Shown: positions 10,012-20,109, counted from the first letter of the stretch. The stretch is 64,000 nt of DNA from Candidatus Latescibacterota bacterium (GCA_965207885.1 OZ242311.1:1056001-1120000); one strand, 5' to 3'. Notes: a model not told the origin generated them from the letters alone. Program-made: numbers and translations.

Positions 10012-11268
10012 TTACAAGTAGGGAATGACCAGTGGTCCATCGGGCAAGACGGCTACGCGATTATCCCGGGATTCCAGGTGCTCGTGTATCGCTTTGTTGA
10101 GGTCGGGTATGACCTGTAGTTTGCAGGCGCGGACCTCGTCCTTATTCATTTCGGTATAGACTTTTACGTTTACGCGGTCTAAGATGCCCGATAGAATTTG
10201 CGCCTGCCACTGGTCGAGGATCGGTTCGCGCGCATAGACCGATTCTATCACGTCTGCAGGTGTATGGCCTTCGCGCATCAATGCCGCAAAATTGCCGTGG
10301 TCGGGTACGCCATCGCTGCACGCACTGGCTACGAGGATTGTTCCGCCGTCGGTTACGATACGCGCTGCGGCTGAGATGCCTTTTACGGTTTGATACAGGT
10401 TTTGATCCAGGGGAAAGCCGCTGTTGGATGTTACGACCAGCGGGAAGGGTGTTTCGACAGGTACCATTGCCGAGGCTTTTACATCGGCGCATCCCTTTGC
10501 ATGGGCTTGGGAGAGATCGCCCGCGTAATATCCCGATATTTTCTTTTCTGCATTGAGTGTCACGTTGAGCAAAAAATCCGGGGGACATAGTGCGACGCAT
10601 TTGCGGATTTCCCGGTGTAGTGGGTTTTCGTGGAGTACGCCCCAGGTGCTGTTTGGGTCGGCGATGAGTTCGGCGCGATGTAGTCGGAAAATGGTTTCAA
10701 TGCTCGCCACACCGGGCGCGACGGCTTTTGGTCCGCCTGAGAAGCCCGCAAAGAAGTGCGGTTCGATAAATCCGAGGGCGATGCGCACATCTACGTTGAG
10801 GTATTCTTTGTTCAAAAATACGGTTGTTCCATCCGCAGTTTTGCCCACCTGTTCGTTTTGCGTTTCGCTAAATGCATCGTGGTTGACGATGCGTACGCGG
10901 CGAACCAGTTCTTCGCCAAACATTTCGACAATTTCGCGCTTTGTGTTTGGCCTGTGCGTGCCCGTGCCGATTAATACGGTTACCTGATCGGGGGATACGG
11001 GCAGTTCTTCGAGTAGCCATGGGATCAGTTGTTTGTTGGGCACGGGACGGGTGCCGTCGGATGTTGCGATTACGACGCGGTCTGAAGGCTTGACTATTTC
11101 TCTGAGCGGTTTTGTCCCGAGAGGGTGGCGCACGGCTTTGTGAAATAGCCGTTTGGAGTCTTCAAGTGCTGGTTCAAATGAGGGGCGGATTACGTCCCAT
11201 TGCGCGAGTTTGGGATCCGCACAAACAGATACGGCTCCTCGGCCATAAGGTATATCGATTTGTTTCAT
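10012..11268 (-). CDS. larA: Nickel-pincer-dependent lactate racemase family protein (LarA homolog)
   Basis: SDGTRP, GTGTHR, PHFFAGFSGGPK and NLYQTVKG motifs. Start at ATG 11268. Confidence 0.88.
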   Translation of the reverse strand: MKQIDIPYGRGAVSVCADPKLAQWDVIRPSFEPALEDSKRLFHKAVRHPLGTKPLREIVKPSDRVVIATSDGTRPVPNKQLIPWLLEELPVSPDQVTVLIGTGTHRPNTKREIVEMFGEELVRRVRIVNHDAFSETQNEQVGKTADGTTVFLNKEYLNVDVRIALGFIEPHFFAGFSGGPKAVAPGVASIETIFRLHRAELIADPNSTWGVLHENPLHREIRKCVALCPPDFLLNVTLNAEKKISGYYAGDLSQAHAKGCADVKASAMVPVETPFPLVVTSNSGFPLDQNLYQTVKGISAAARIVTDGGTILVASACSDGVPDHGNFAALMREGHTPADVIESVYAREPILDQWQAQILSGILDRVNVKVYTEMNKDEVRACKLQVIPDLNKAIHEHLESRDNRVAVLPDGPLVIPYL

Positions 11269-11270
11269 TT

Positions 11271-12536
11271 TTAGCCCCGTACCAAAGTGTCTGCTGTTTG
11301 CAAGATGATTTCCTCTTCGCCCTGATATGGCGCGGGTTCTCCGTAATACGGATAGGCATTGGGTTCGTAACCGCCTTCTTCGTATTGCCGCTCTGTACAC
11401 AAATATCCCACTTCGTCATTGGCATAGCCCACGGGCCACAGGTCCCCGCTGATGTTCCGCAGTCTTTTTTCCATTGCATGCCCAATTTCCTGCACGGGTT
11501 CGCCCGGTATGGTAATGAGTGCTATTGGTCCTATCTGCATCAGTTGCATTTCGGTGGGTTTTTCAGATGGGACAGTGCCTGACGCCACCATGTCCAGGAC
11601 CTTTCTTGCCCAGGGGCCTGTCAATAGTTGTCCGCGTTCGCTTTCGTCTGTTGCCATTTTTTTTAGTTCGTCTTCGGGCATCAGGTCGCCGAATGGAATG
11701 GCGATGTCGGTGCGGCGAGCAGATATGCCTTGTGCACTCCTGGTATTCAGTCCTGTAGCTATGCGGCAGACCTCATCGCCGAGTTCGTGACCACACGCGT
11801 CCAATTGTTCTCTGGTGGCGGATGCAAATCCCCCGGTTTCGCTCAGGATGGCGGGGCGGATGTTGCCGAAGCATCCGGGTAAGAAGAGTGCTTTGCTACC
11901 GAGGGTTTGTTCAATTCGGCTGCGAGCTATGCCGGGGTAATCGGGCGAGATGATGCCGTTGGAACCGCTCAATGTGGTCGGGTGACATGCGTAGTGGAAT
12001 AATGTGGCGAGGGGGGTGCCGTTTTCTCCTGTTACGTGTAAAACCCGTACGCGGCGATCGACGATTCCGCCGTAGTTCAAGGTCATGCTCGAGGCTCCGG
12101 GGAGCGGACGGCGGTTGATGTTGAAATGCGCGGATCCACATCCGAGACCAAGGGTTACGGGCTGGAGATTTGTGGCTGCTTCGGCTATGCACGCGGCGGT
12201 GGTTTCGACTATGCGATCCATATATTCGGGGTCGGGAGTCCCGCCCAAACACGGCAATGTGGCGAGGGCGCAGTGCGTGTGGCTGCACGCTACCATTACG
12301 CTGTCTCCCGGGATAATATTTGCCACTTTCGCCCGGATTCGGTCAGTGGTGGCTTTTGTTATGCCGATGACGTCGAGTGTGGCAATGGCTATTTGTGCGT
12401 CTCCGTCGGCAAAGACTACTGCCCGTACTTCCAGAGGGTAGAGTACGGAATGCGATGGGTTGGTGTTCCAATGCCCCTGAAGCACTGGACCGGGTTCTGG
12501 CGTGATGTCTCCGCTTGCAACGCCGCTTCGGATCAT
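11271..12536 (-). CDS. Neutral/alkaline ceramidase-like hydrolase
   Basis: ACSHTH, INRR, YACHPT, PDYPG, GYAN and YEEGGYE pattern. Confidence 0.75.
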   Translation of the reverse strand: MIRSGVASGDITPEPGPVLQGHWNTNPSHSVLYPLEVRAVVFADGDAQIAIATLDVIGITKATTDRIRAKVANIIPGDSVMVACSHTHCALATLPCLGGTPDPEYMDRIVETTAACIAEAATNLQPVTLGLGCGSAHFNINRRPLPGASSMTLNYGGIVDRRVRVLHVTGENGTPLATLFHYACHPTTLSGSNGIISPDYPGIARSRIEQTLGSKALFLPGCFGNIRPAILSETGGFASATREQLDACGHELGDEVCRIATGLNTRSAQGISARRTDIAIPFGDLMPEDELKKMATDESERGQLLTGPWARKVLDMVASGTVPSEKPTEMQLMQIGPIALITIPGEPVQEIGHAMEKRLRNISGDLWPVGYANDEVGYLCTERQYEEGGYEPNAYPYYGEPAPYQGEEEIILQTADTLVRG

Positions 12537-12622
12537 GGTGGGTCTCCTGAATTTGTGCGTTCGGAATTTAATTTTTCAAATGTATCTCAGAATCGCCTTT
12601 CGCGCAATCTTCTCACACGCCA

Positions 12623-12651
12623 TTGACTTTTGTAGTATAACACAGTAATTT
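12623..12651 (+). promoter_or_regulatory. Sigma70-type promoter
   Basis: TTGACT-17 bp-TAATTT upstream of the small ORF at 12701. Confidence 0.45.
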
Positions 12652-12700
12652 TGAAATATCAATCTATGACTGTTTGAAATACCTACCATTGGAGAGAACA

Positions 12701-12907
12701 ATGGAAACGACGCTTGATGTGGCAGGATTGCCGGAAGATCGAATACAATATCTCAAAAATCTCGTTGCGATTTGGAAAGCGCGAGGTGAGAATAGTGGTG
12801 GACTACAACCCATTATCAAGCGAAAGGTAGCTTCGTCGGAATTTATCGTGAAGGATTCTGATGTTGTTGGCGGTGAAGTGACCCGAGCAATGGCGTATGA
12901 TGAATAA
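12701..12907 (+). CDS. Small hypothetical protein, possibly an orphan antitoxin
   Basis: GGAG RBS then ATG; 68 aa ending TRAMAYDE, a tail resembling those of VapB-like antitoxins. Followed by a hairpin at about 12960-12988. Confidence 0.55.
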   Translation: METTLDVAGLPEDRIQYLKNLVAIWKARGENSGGLQPIIKRKVASSEFIVKDSDVVGGEVTRAMAYDE

Positions 12908-13086
12908 TTTTGGTGACCTCTCATACCTTCTCTTACAACCAAAATTCATCCAAATGACACCCCTGAAGAGATTATCTCTCCAGGGGGTTTTAAATTTTTC
13001 AATATAGGACATCAAGTGGAATAGGCATTATCAAATTACTTGTCAGAACTCGACGAATCAGTCGTTGCCAAACACCGTGCATAAGA

Positions 13087-13115
13087 TTGCGTAAAACTGC
13101 AACATGTGCTATAAT
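13087..13115 (+). promoter_or_regulatory. Sigma70 promoter with extended -10 for the TA operon
   Basis: TTGCGT-17 bp-TATAAT, with a TGn extension. Confidence 0.65.
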
Positions 13116-13165
13116 TTATCGTCTCCATGCCATCTTTAAAGGATTTTAGCCATGAATAATTAGGT

Positions 13166-13513
13166 ATGTGGCCTGTTGAATTTTACCAAAATGAAAATGG
13201 ACAAGAGCCTGTTAGAGGCTTTTTGCTCTCACTTCAACCAAAGCCGAGAGGAAAGATCTTGCAGGTGATTCAAATTCTTTCAGAGTTTGGTATTGATCTC
13301 CCCTTTCCCTATTCGAGTCAAGTTGAGGGAAGGTTGAGAGAACTGCGAGCGCGTTATGGGAAAAATCAATATCGCGTTTTGTACTACGGTGATGCGAATC
13401 GAATTTTTGTCCTGTTGCACGCCTTTGAAAAGCGAAGCCAGAAACTTCCGCAAAGAGAAATTCGGATTGCAATGGAACGCATGAACGCTGATCGAGAGCG
13501 AAAAGAGGGATAA
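13166..13513 (+). CDS. RelE/ParE-family toxin (HigB/Gp49-like)
   Basis: VEFY...EPVRGFL, LRELR, YRVLY and LLHAFEKRSQKLP motifs; toxin-first gene order. Confidence 0.88.
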   Translation: MWPVEFYQNENGQEPVRGFLLSLQPKPRGKILQVIQILSEFGIDLPFPYSSQVEGRLRELRARYGKNQYRVLYYGDANRIFVLLHAFEKRSQKLPQREIRIAMERMNADRERKEG

Positions 13514-13515
13514 AG

Positions 13516-13827
13516 ATGACCAGTGAAAAGACAAATGTTCGGATATTTCTCGAAGAACAGTTGAAAGATCGAGAAGTCGCGGAATCATTCTACCAGGGTC
13601 TTGATGAACTGCGGCTTGCAGTTAAAATTGCCCAACTGCGCAAGCAACGAGGATTGACACAAGCGCAATTGGCAGCGAAATTGGATACCAGTACACCGGT
13701 CATTAGCCGATTGGAAAACCGGGGAAACTGTACCATCAGCACCTTAAAAAAAGTCGCCGCAGCCCTGGATGCAGTTGTGCAAATTGACATCGTGTCTAAG
13801 GAAGATAGGGCAATTCAAAAAACGTGA
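13516..13827 (+). CDS. XRE-family HTH antitoxin (HigA-like)
   Basis: LRKQRGLTQAQLAAKLDTSTPVISRLEN helix-turn-helix. Confidence 0.88.
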   Translation: MTSEKTNVRIFLEEQLKDREVAESFYQGLDELRLAVKIAQLRKQRGLTQAQLAAKLDTSTPVISRLENRGNCTISTLKKVAAALDAVVQIDIVSKEDRAIQKT

Positions 13828-13886
13828 ACCTCTTCCTTCCCATAAAGTCGTTCAACAAATTTCAATTTAAGTGCAAAAGTAAAAAG

Positions 13887-13921
13887 AAAACGCCCCAGCA
13901 TCGTTGTGCCGGGGCGTTTTT
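13887..13921. terminator. Bidirectional intrinsic terminator
   Basis: aaaacgccccagca-tcgttg-tgccggggcgttttt, between convergent genes. Confidence 0.8.
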
Positions 13922-13972
13922 GTGTATCAAGTAAACCAATTCCCATTTGTTAAATCTTTATTTGCTTCAGAA

Positions 13973-14701
13973 TCATCCAGGATATAAACAAGCCTCCTGA
14001 TGTGCCTTTACGAGATCTGCCATGCTGTTGAATTGAAAATTGTAGTTTGGCATTTCACCCGGGTCTCTGGTCGCGCCGAAGCCTTCTTCATTGGAGCGCC
14101 TGTATATCCAACAGGTGGCGAGTCCGTTTTTGTTCGCGGGTATGTGATCGTGGAATAGGCTTTCTGCGGTGTGTAGTATTTCCGATTTTTCAATGCCGAG
14201 CGATTTCAGGTGTTCCAGCATGTATTTGAAGTTTCGATCCGCAGGTTTGTACGATCCTATGTCTTCAGCCGTGTATATGGCGTCAAATTCGACACCGAGG
14301 CGGTCGTTGCTGTATTTGAAGCTGTGGTTATCGACGTTGGACAGGATCACGAGCTTATAGTGCTTTTTGAGATATTGTAGCGCGTTGGGAGAATCGGAAA
14401 ACGCTGGCCATTGTTTTATCGATTGGCCATAAGCGGCGCATTCATCGGGTGTGACGGCGATGCCCCATTCTTCGGCGAGGCGTTTATATACGATGGCGAG
14501 GAGTTCGGAATAGCGCATTCCCGGCGTCCAGGTTTGTTGTGTTGATTCGTGTCGCGCGTGCGCTTGAAGGATTTCATTGCGCGGCAATTTTCGTTCGACC
14601 TTTGATAGAAGCGGTTCCAGCCCTTTGATCATCCCGGTTTCCCAGTCGATAAGCGTGCCATAGCAATCGAATGTGAGGACTTTGAAATCGGTGAGTTTCA
14701 T
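13973..14701 (-). CDS. Haloacid dehalogenase type II (HAD)
   Basis: FDCYGTLIDWE, ILSNVD, YKP and HTAESLFHDH motifs. Confidence 0.88.
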   Translation of the reverse strand: MKLTDFKVLTFDCYGTLIDWETGMIKGLEPLLSKVERKLPRNEILQAHARHESTQQTWTPGMRYSELLAIVYKRLAEEWGIAVTPDECAAYGQSIKQWPAFSDSPNALQYLKKHYKLVILSNVDNHSFKYSNDRLGVEFDAIYTAEDIGSYKPADRNFKYMLEHLKSLGIEKSEILHTAESLFHDHIPANKNGLATCWIYRRSNEEGFGATRDPGEMPNYNFQFNSMADLVKAHQEACLYPG

Positions 14702-14706
14702 TTTTG

Positions 14707-15414
14707 TCAATGACACCCCAGTTGGTCGGCGAGGTCGTGAAAATCTTGGGCTATGATGTCGAAGTCCAAATCGGGGGGTAGATCTTTTTTTGCGTTGGGT
14801 CCTCGCTCAAAAGGTCGGAATACATAAGCCGTTTTCATGCCGACGCCAGCTGCATGGTGCAGGTCGCCTTGGTGAGCGGCGACCATCATGACTTCCCGGG
14901 GTTCACAACTGAGCAGTTCGATGGCTTTCAAATAGGTCTCGGCATCGGGTTTGTAATGTCCGGCCAATTCGGCGGATAAGATGCAATCCCAGGGCAGTCC
15001 GCCGTATTTCGCCATGTTGGCGAGGAGCGATACATTGCCGTTGGATAGTGTGGCGATCAGGTACCGCGATTTTAACCGCCATAAGCCGCCTGCGGCATCG
15101 GGCCAGGGATCGAGGCGATGCCAGACGCGATTGAAGTCCGCGATTTCTTCTTCGGATAATCCCGAGATGCCCAATTTTTTCAGGAGTTCGTCCAGGATCA
15201 TGCGGTGCAGGTCGTCGATTTTTGTCCAGGGTAATTCGCCCGTGCGCACGCGGTTCATGGATGGGCCATAGCCCCCGCGCCACGCATCGGCAAATGCGGC
15301 CCAATCAATGTCCAATCCCTTGCGCTCGCCCAATCGCTCGCCGTCGCGGATGACGGAACTGCGCCAATCGACGACTGTGCCGAATACGTCAAATGTCAAT
15401 GCTTTGATTGTCAT
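14707..15414 (-). CDS. Haloacid dehalogenase type II (HAD)
   Basis: FDVFGTVVDW, LSNGN, YKPD and VAAHQGDL motifs. Confidence 0.9.
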   Translation of the reverse strand: MTIKALTFDVFGTVVDWRSSVIRDGERLGERKGLDIDWAAFADAWRGGYGPSMNRVRTGELPWTKIDDLHRMILDELLKKLGISGLSEEEIADFNRVWHRLDPWPDAAGGLWRLKSRYLIATLSNGNVSLLANMAKYGGLPWDCILSAELAGHYKPDAETYLKAIELLSCEPREVMMVAAHQGDLHHAAGVGMKTAYVFRPFERGPNAKKDLPPDLDFDIIAQDFHDLADQLGCH

Positions 15415-15423
15415 TTTTGACCT

Positions 15424-16521
15424 CTACGGTACTGCACCCACTGCTTTGTTCAAAGCTGGCATTAGTTCACGGGCGAATAATTCCATGCTGTATATCCAGC
15501 TATCTTTGTCGTCCCAGTCGTAGCCCATCAGCACCAGAGTGCCAAAGGGTCCGGTTTCCTCGAACAGGTCCAGCAAGCGACGCAGTGCTTCATCGACATC
15601 GCCAGCGATGATCTGTTCGGTCATCAAATAGTCCAGATTGCACTCGGAGTCGGGCATGTCCAGGTCGCGCTTGTACACCTGGCGCCCCAGGCCCTTGTCG
15701 AATAGACGCCCGATGTACTCGTAATTTTTTGCCAGGGAATTGTGCCGCGCCTTTTTCACGGCTTCGGCTGTGGTGTCGGCGAGAAAGATTGAACGGGCGA
15801 TTTTCCAGTCGGTCCGCTGCGGTTGTCGTCCCGCCTGCAGGGCGCTCTGCTCGTAGATCTGCCAGTTGTCGGCTACCACATTGCCCGATATCAGGCAGGC
15901 GGAAAAGGGCTGGAAGCCGCGCTCGCCAGCTGTTTGCATGCTGTGTGAGTTGCGGCTCATTCCCGGCATGGCAATGGGCGGGTGGGGCTGTTGAAAGGGT
16001 TTGTGGATGAAGCCGATCTGGGTTTCTTCGTCAATATTGTCTTTGAGCTGGAATTGCCAGTATTTCCCCCGGTGCTCATAGGGTGGATCCGATGTCCATA
16101 AATTGAGGATGGCGTCAATGGCTTCCCCGGTCATTGCGCCGCCCGATTTGGGATCCAGGCCGTACAGTTCCTGGTCTGAGGTGACACTGCCCGGGCCAAA
16201 GCACAGATTGAGTCGGCCTTTGGCCAGGTGATCCAAAAAAGATAGACGACTGGCGACATAGGCGGGGTGGTGCAGGTTCAAACAGACCGGTGCCGGTCCC
16301 AGGCGGATGCTCTGAGTCTCACCCAGGGCGCGTCCGATGAAAATTTCGGGCGTGACAATGGTCTCGTACTTCATGGTATGGTGTTCGCCGATCCAAAATT
16401 CATCAAAGCCCAGTTCCTCGGCTTTGACAACGAGTTCCAAATCCTCGTCAAATCCCTGACTCAACGGCTTGTCCGGGGCGTGGAAGGGCATGATGAACAT
16501 ACCGTATTTGATGGGTTCCAT
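15424..16521 (-). CDS. LLM-class (luciferase-like) flavin-dependent monooxygenase
   Basis: AEELGFDEFWIGEHH, HHPAYVA and LDHLAKGR motifs. Confidence 0.9.
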   Translation of the reverse strand: MEPIKYGMFIMPFHAPDKPLSQGFDEDLELVVKAEELGFDEFWIGEHHTMKYETIVTPEIFIGRALGETQSIRLGPAPVCLNLHHPAYVASRLSFLDHLAKGRLNLCFGPGSVTSDQELYGLDPKSGGAMTGEAIDAILNLWTSDPPYEHRGKYWQFQLKDNIDEETQIGFIHKPFQQPHPPIAMPGMSRNSHSMQTAGERGFQPFSACLISGNVVADNWQIYEQSALQAGRQPQRTDWKIARSIFLADTTAEAVKKARHNSLAKNYEYIGRLFDKGLGRQVYKRDLDMPDSECNLDYLMTEQIIAGDVDEALRRLLDLFEETGPFGTLVLMGYDWDDKDSWIYSMELFARELMPALNKAVGAVP

Positions 16522-16532
16522 AGAGGTGCTCC

Positions 16533-17237
16533 TTAATCTCCGTATTTGTTCACGATGACCAGATCAGCGGTCTCGGGGTAGATGAATTTTACGAGTAGCG
16601 AGACGCGATTGTCTTCGTCTAACAGGTTCCAGAATACATCGGCGGTTTGCTGTATGTCGTCGAATAATTCGACGGCATAAGGCTCTCCTTGGAATGAGGG
16701 CAGGGGATTGCCGTCGTCTGTATATGTTGTGATGCAGTGGCCCGTGCCGGGGATTGCGGTTTCATAATTGAAAAATTGGCGCGAACAATAGCGCGCATCA
16801 CCGCCAACAGTTTTTAAGACTGATAGTCGATAGGCTTGCGCGTCGCCCAGGTCGGTAAGGCCAGAGATGCGCGGTGTGAAATTGGGGGCGTCGGGTTCAT
16901 AAGTGCGCGTTTTTAAGGCGGATTCGAATGAGCCGCCGTTTTGCAGGGTATGGACGATGGTGTCGGTCTGGTCGCCATTTGTGACGATATGCGCGTTGCC
17001 CAGTACGCGGATGGGATAGTACATGGTCAGTGGATCAATGTCATGGGATTTATCCACAGTGTCGGTTTTTACCGCGTCGCCTTCTCGCACAAATACGCGG
17101 TTGCGACTGCTGGGACTGCGGCCCATGATCCAGTAGATTTGAACCATACATAAAGTATCAGGTGTTTGTCCTATTACGATACCTCGACCAGGATAGGTGG
17201 CGTTTTTTAAGCGGTTCATGTCGGCGTCTATGGTCAT
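16533..17237 (-). CDS. IMP cyclohydrolase-like protein (PurO-like Ntn fold)
   Basis: YPGRGIV, YWIMGRSPSSRNR, TNGDQTD and YEPDAPNFTPRISG motifs. Confidence 0.85.
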   Translation of the reverse strand: MTIDADMNRLKNATYPGRGIVIGQTPDTLCMVQIYWIMGRSPSSRNRVFVREGDAVKTDTVDKSHDIDPLTMYYPIRVLGNAHIVTNGDQTDTIVHTLQNGGSFESALKTRTYEPDAPNFTPRISGLTDLGDAQAYRLSVLKTVGGDARYCSRQFFNYETAIPGTGHCITTYTDDGNPLPSFQGEPYAVELFDDIQQTADVFWNLLDEDNRVSLLVKFIYPETADLVIVNKYGD

Positions 17238-20086
17238 TTTGCCGTCACCCCTTCTTCGGGTAATAGGACGAATCGCGCGTAGTTTTCCAGGTTGAAATAT
17301 TGCTGTGTTGATTTCTGCACGTGTTCTGCTGTGAGTTTTTTGATGACTTCGTCTTCATACGTCAACCACGCCATCAAATCCATCTCATTCTGGTAATACC
17401 GGCTCAGTGTACTGCGCCAGTAACCGTTTTCTTTTTTGTTGGTCTCCCGCCCCCGCAGATCCATTTCGGTCACTTTGTCGATGTAGGATTGATCGACGGG
17501 TTTTTGCTTCATGCTGTCAATTTGGGCAAAGACGAGTTGCGTCAGTTCTTCCAATCGCTCGGGATCGCATCCAAAGCTGATTGAGATGCTGTATCGGCCT
17601 TCGGGCCAACGCGAAAGAGATGTGCGCACGCCAACGCCGTACGTGCCGCCCTCGTCTTCTCGGAGTAATTCTCGAAGTTTTATCTGCAGGACGTCGCCCA
17701 TTGAGCCAAAGACATACCGCCTGAATCGATCGTTGTAATCAATAGGTCCCGTGAAAATCAAACTCGTCTGACTTTTGGGTTCTTGTCCCCGTTTCACGGT
17801 TTTTTCAATGACGCCTTTTGGCGCTCTGACGCCTGTGTTGCGCCAGGTTTCTCCGCGGTTGAGCGCGGGCAAGCCGCCCAGATAGGTTTCTATCAGCGGT
17901 TTTATTTTTTCTGGCTCAAAGTTGCCGACAAATACAAATGTGAAGTCACTGGCATCGGCAAATCGGTCTTTGTAAAATGCCAGCGATTTTTGCAGGTTCA
18001 TTTCTTTTAGGATTTCGTTTGATAGCGGGCGTGACCTGACGTGGTATTGAGACATGGTAACTTGAATCGTATCGTAATAAGCTGTTGTTGGCCTCATATC
18101 TCGATTTTGCAACCTGCCCCGATAGCGGTCCAGTAGTGCTTGAAACGCCAGAGAGTCGGCACGCGGTTCCTTGAAGATGAGATAGATGAGTTGAAACATG
18201 GTTTCTATGTCTTCGGGAGACGCGCTACCCGATACGCCCTCGCTGAGGCTGCTGATGCGGGGCGATACGCGCACGACTTTGCCGGCGAGTTTTTTATTGA
18301 GTTCAATTTGATTGAATTTTCCCAGACCGCTTTCCATTATGGCTGATGTCGCTGTGGATGCCGCCATGTAGTTTTCATCGCTTGATAGAGAATGACCGCC
18401 CGGGCTGAAGGATGTGAATAGGATTTCATCGTTTTTGAAGTCCGTGGGCTTCATGACGACTTTTACCCCATTGCTCAAGGCCCATTCTGTGACGCCAAAG
18501 GTGTCGATTGTTGTTTCGCGTACGACCTTTCCCGGCGTTGGGATATTCGCGATGAGGGGGTCGTCGGATACATCTTCCACATAGGGTTCAACCTCTTTTT
18601 GCTGGACTTCGTTGATTATGTTTAACAAGTCCGCTTCGGAAGGTACAGGTAGGCTGTCTTTCTCAGGTGCGCTGACTACGATGACGCGGTTTTTGTCGGT
18701 GATCCATTCGCCGACGAGGCGGTTGATTTCTTCGACTTGAATGCTCGGGAGTAATTCACGAAATAGATCGCGTTCGATTTCAATGCCCGGAATGGGTTCG
18801 CCTGTCAATATGTGACGGATGTATTCCGATGCAAAACCGCGCGAACGGCGTCTGTCGCGCTCGCGATAAGATTGTTCGATGCTGCGCAACATGTTGGTTT
18901 TTAAGCGATCTACTTCGGGTTGCGTAAATCCGTGGCGTTGGACGCGAATGGCTTCTGTTAAGACTGCTTCCAGGCCGCGTTCAATTCCTCCTTCTTTGAC
19001 GCCTGCGCCCAGGATGTATGCAGCTTTGGTTCTGACGAGGTTTCCGCGGCTGGAGCCTGCGCCCAGAAATGGTGGATCGGGCTTTTTGGTTATTTCTCTA
19101 AATCGCTGATTGAGCATGCTGTTGAACATGTTGCGAATGAGCATGCTGCGATAATCTTCTACTGTTCCTTCGGGTGCGACATCTTGCATGAAATAGATAG
19201 CGATGGAAGATTGAGAATTTTCCGGGTCGGTTGTAATCGCAAACAGGGTTTCACCGTGGTCGGGAACCGTATAGGCGGTTCGCGCGCGGGGATTATCTGC
19301 TTTTGGTATCGGGTCAAAGGTCTTTTTGATCAGGGTTTCAATCGCGTCTGTTTCAAAGTCTCCCACTGCAATGACTGCCATGAGGTCGGGGCGATACCAG
19401 TCGCGATAAAAGCGCGTGAGGGATTCGTGCTTGAATGTGTCGAGTAGTGCTTTTTGTCCGATGGGCAAACGCTCGGCATAACGCGAGTCTTTGAGTAAGA
19501 CCGGCAATTGTTTGTCGCGCATGCGCGCTCTGGCTCCGCGTCCCGAACGCCATTCTTCTATGACTACACCTCTTTCTTTTTCGATTTCTTCGGGGTCAAA
19601 TTTTACCCGATGCGCCCAGTCGCCCAGGATGCGAAATGCTTTTTCCATTACTTCGGTGCTGTCTGTGGGCATGCGAAGCATATAGACGGTCTCGTCAAAA
19701 CTCGTGTAGGCATTTAAGTGCGCGCCAAAGCGCATGCCAATGCTTTCGAGGAAATCGATTATTTCTTGTTTGGGGAAGTTGGCCGTGCCATTAAATGCCA
19801 TGTGTTCGGCAAAGTGCGCCAGTCCCTGCTGGTCTTCGTCTTCCAGAATGGATCCCGCATTGACTACGAGGCGCAATTCGGCGCGGTTTTCCGGTCGTTT
19901 GTTTTCCCGGATTACGTAGCGAAGCCCATTTGCCAGTTTGCCCGTTCGCACAGCAGGATCGATGGGCAGGGTGGGGGATGGTGGTTGGGGAGCTGGATGT
20001 TGAGGTGTTTCAACTTCTGTCTGCGTTGTTGCACACGAGGTTATGACACACGCGCAGCAAAGTAGAATGAAGTAGTTCCTGATCAT
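17234..20086 (-). CDS. M16 family zinc peptidase (PqqL-like), probable lipoprotein
   Basis: HFAEH inverted zinc motif, NAYTSFDET, N-terminal hydrophobic stretch ending VITSC (lipobox-like); 950 aa. Confidence 0.92.
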   Translation of the reverse strand: MIRNYFILLCCACVITSCATTQTEVETPQHPAPQPPSPTLPIDPAVRTGKLANGLRYVIRENKRPENRAELRLVVNAGSILEDEDQQGLAHFAEHMAFNGTANFPKQEIIDFLESIGMRFGAHLNAYTSFDETVYMLRMPTDSTEVMEKAFRILGDWAHRVKFDPEEIEKERGVVIEEWRSGRGARARMRDKQLPVLLKDSRYAERLPIGQKALLDTFKHESLTRFYRDWYRPDLMAVIAVGDFETDAIETLIKKTFDPIPKADNPRARTAYTVPDHGETLFAITTDPENSQSSIAIYFMQDVAPEGTVEDYRSMLIRNMFNSMLNQRFREITKKPDPPFLGAGSSRGNLVRTKAAYILGAGVKEGGIERGLEAVLTEAIRVQRHGFTQPEVDRLKTNMLRSIEQSYRERDRRRSRGFASEYIRHILTGEPIPGIEIERDLFRELLPSIQVEEINRLVGEWITDKNRVIVVSAPEKDSLPVPSEADLLNIINEVQQKEVEPYVEDVSDDPLIANIPTPGKVVRETTIDTFGVTEWALSNGVKVVMKPTDFKNDEILFTSFSPGGHSLSSDENYMAASTATSAIMESGLGKFNQIELNKKLAGKVVRVSPRISSLSEGVSGSASPEDIETMFQLIYLIFKEPRADSLAFQALLDRYRGRLQNRDMRPTTAYYDTIQVTMSQYHVRSRPLSNEILKEMNLQKSLAFYKDRFADASDFTFVFVGNFEPEKIKPLIETYLGGLPALNRGETWRNTGVRAPKGVIEKTVKRGQEPKSQTSLIFTGPIDYNDRFRRYVFGSMGDVLQIKLRELLREDEGGTYGVGVRTSLSRWPEGRYSISISFGCDPERLEELTQLVFAQIDSMKQKPVDQSYIDKVTEMDLRGRETNKKENGYWRSTLSRYYQNEMDLMAWLTYEDEVIKKLTAEHVQKSTQQYFNLENYARFVLLPEEGVTAK

Positions 20087-20109
20087 GATGTTCCCTTTTA
20101 TTTGAGTTA

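Noticed and set aside
12897-13008. Short ORF overlapping the orphan antitoxin-like gene as a cognate toxin
   Set aside because: Only about 36 codons, runs through a hairpin, and lacks PIN or RelE motifs.
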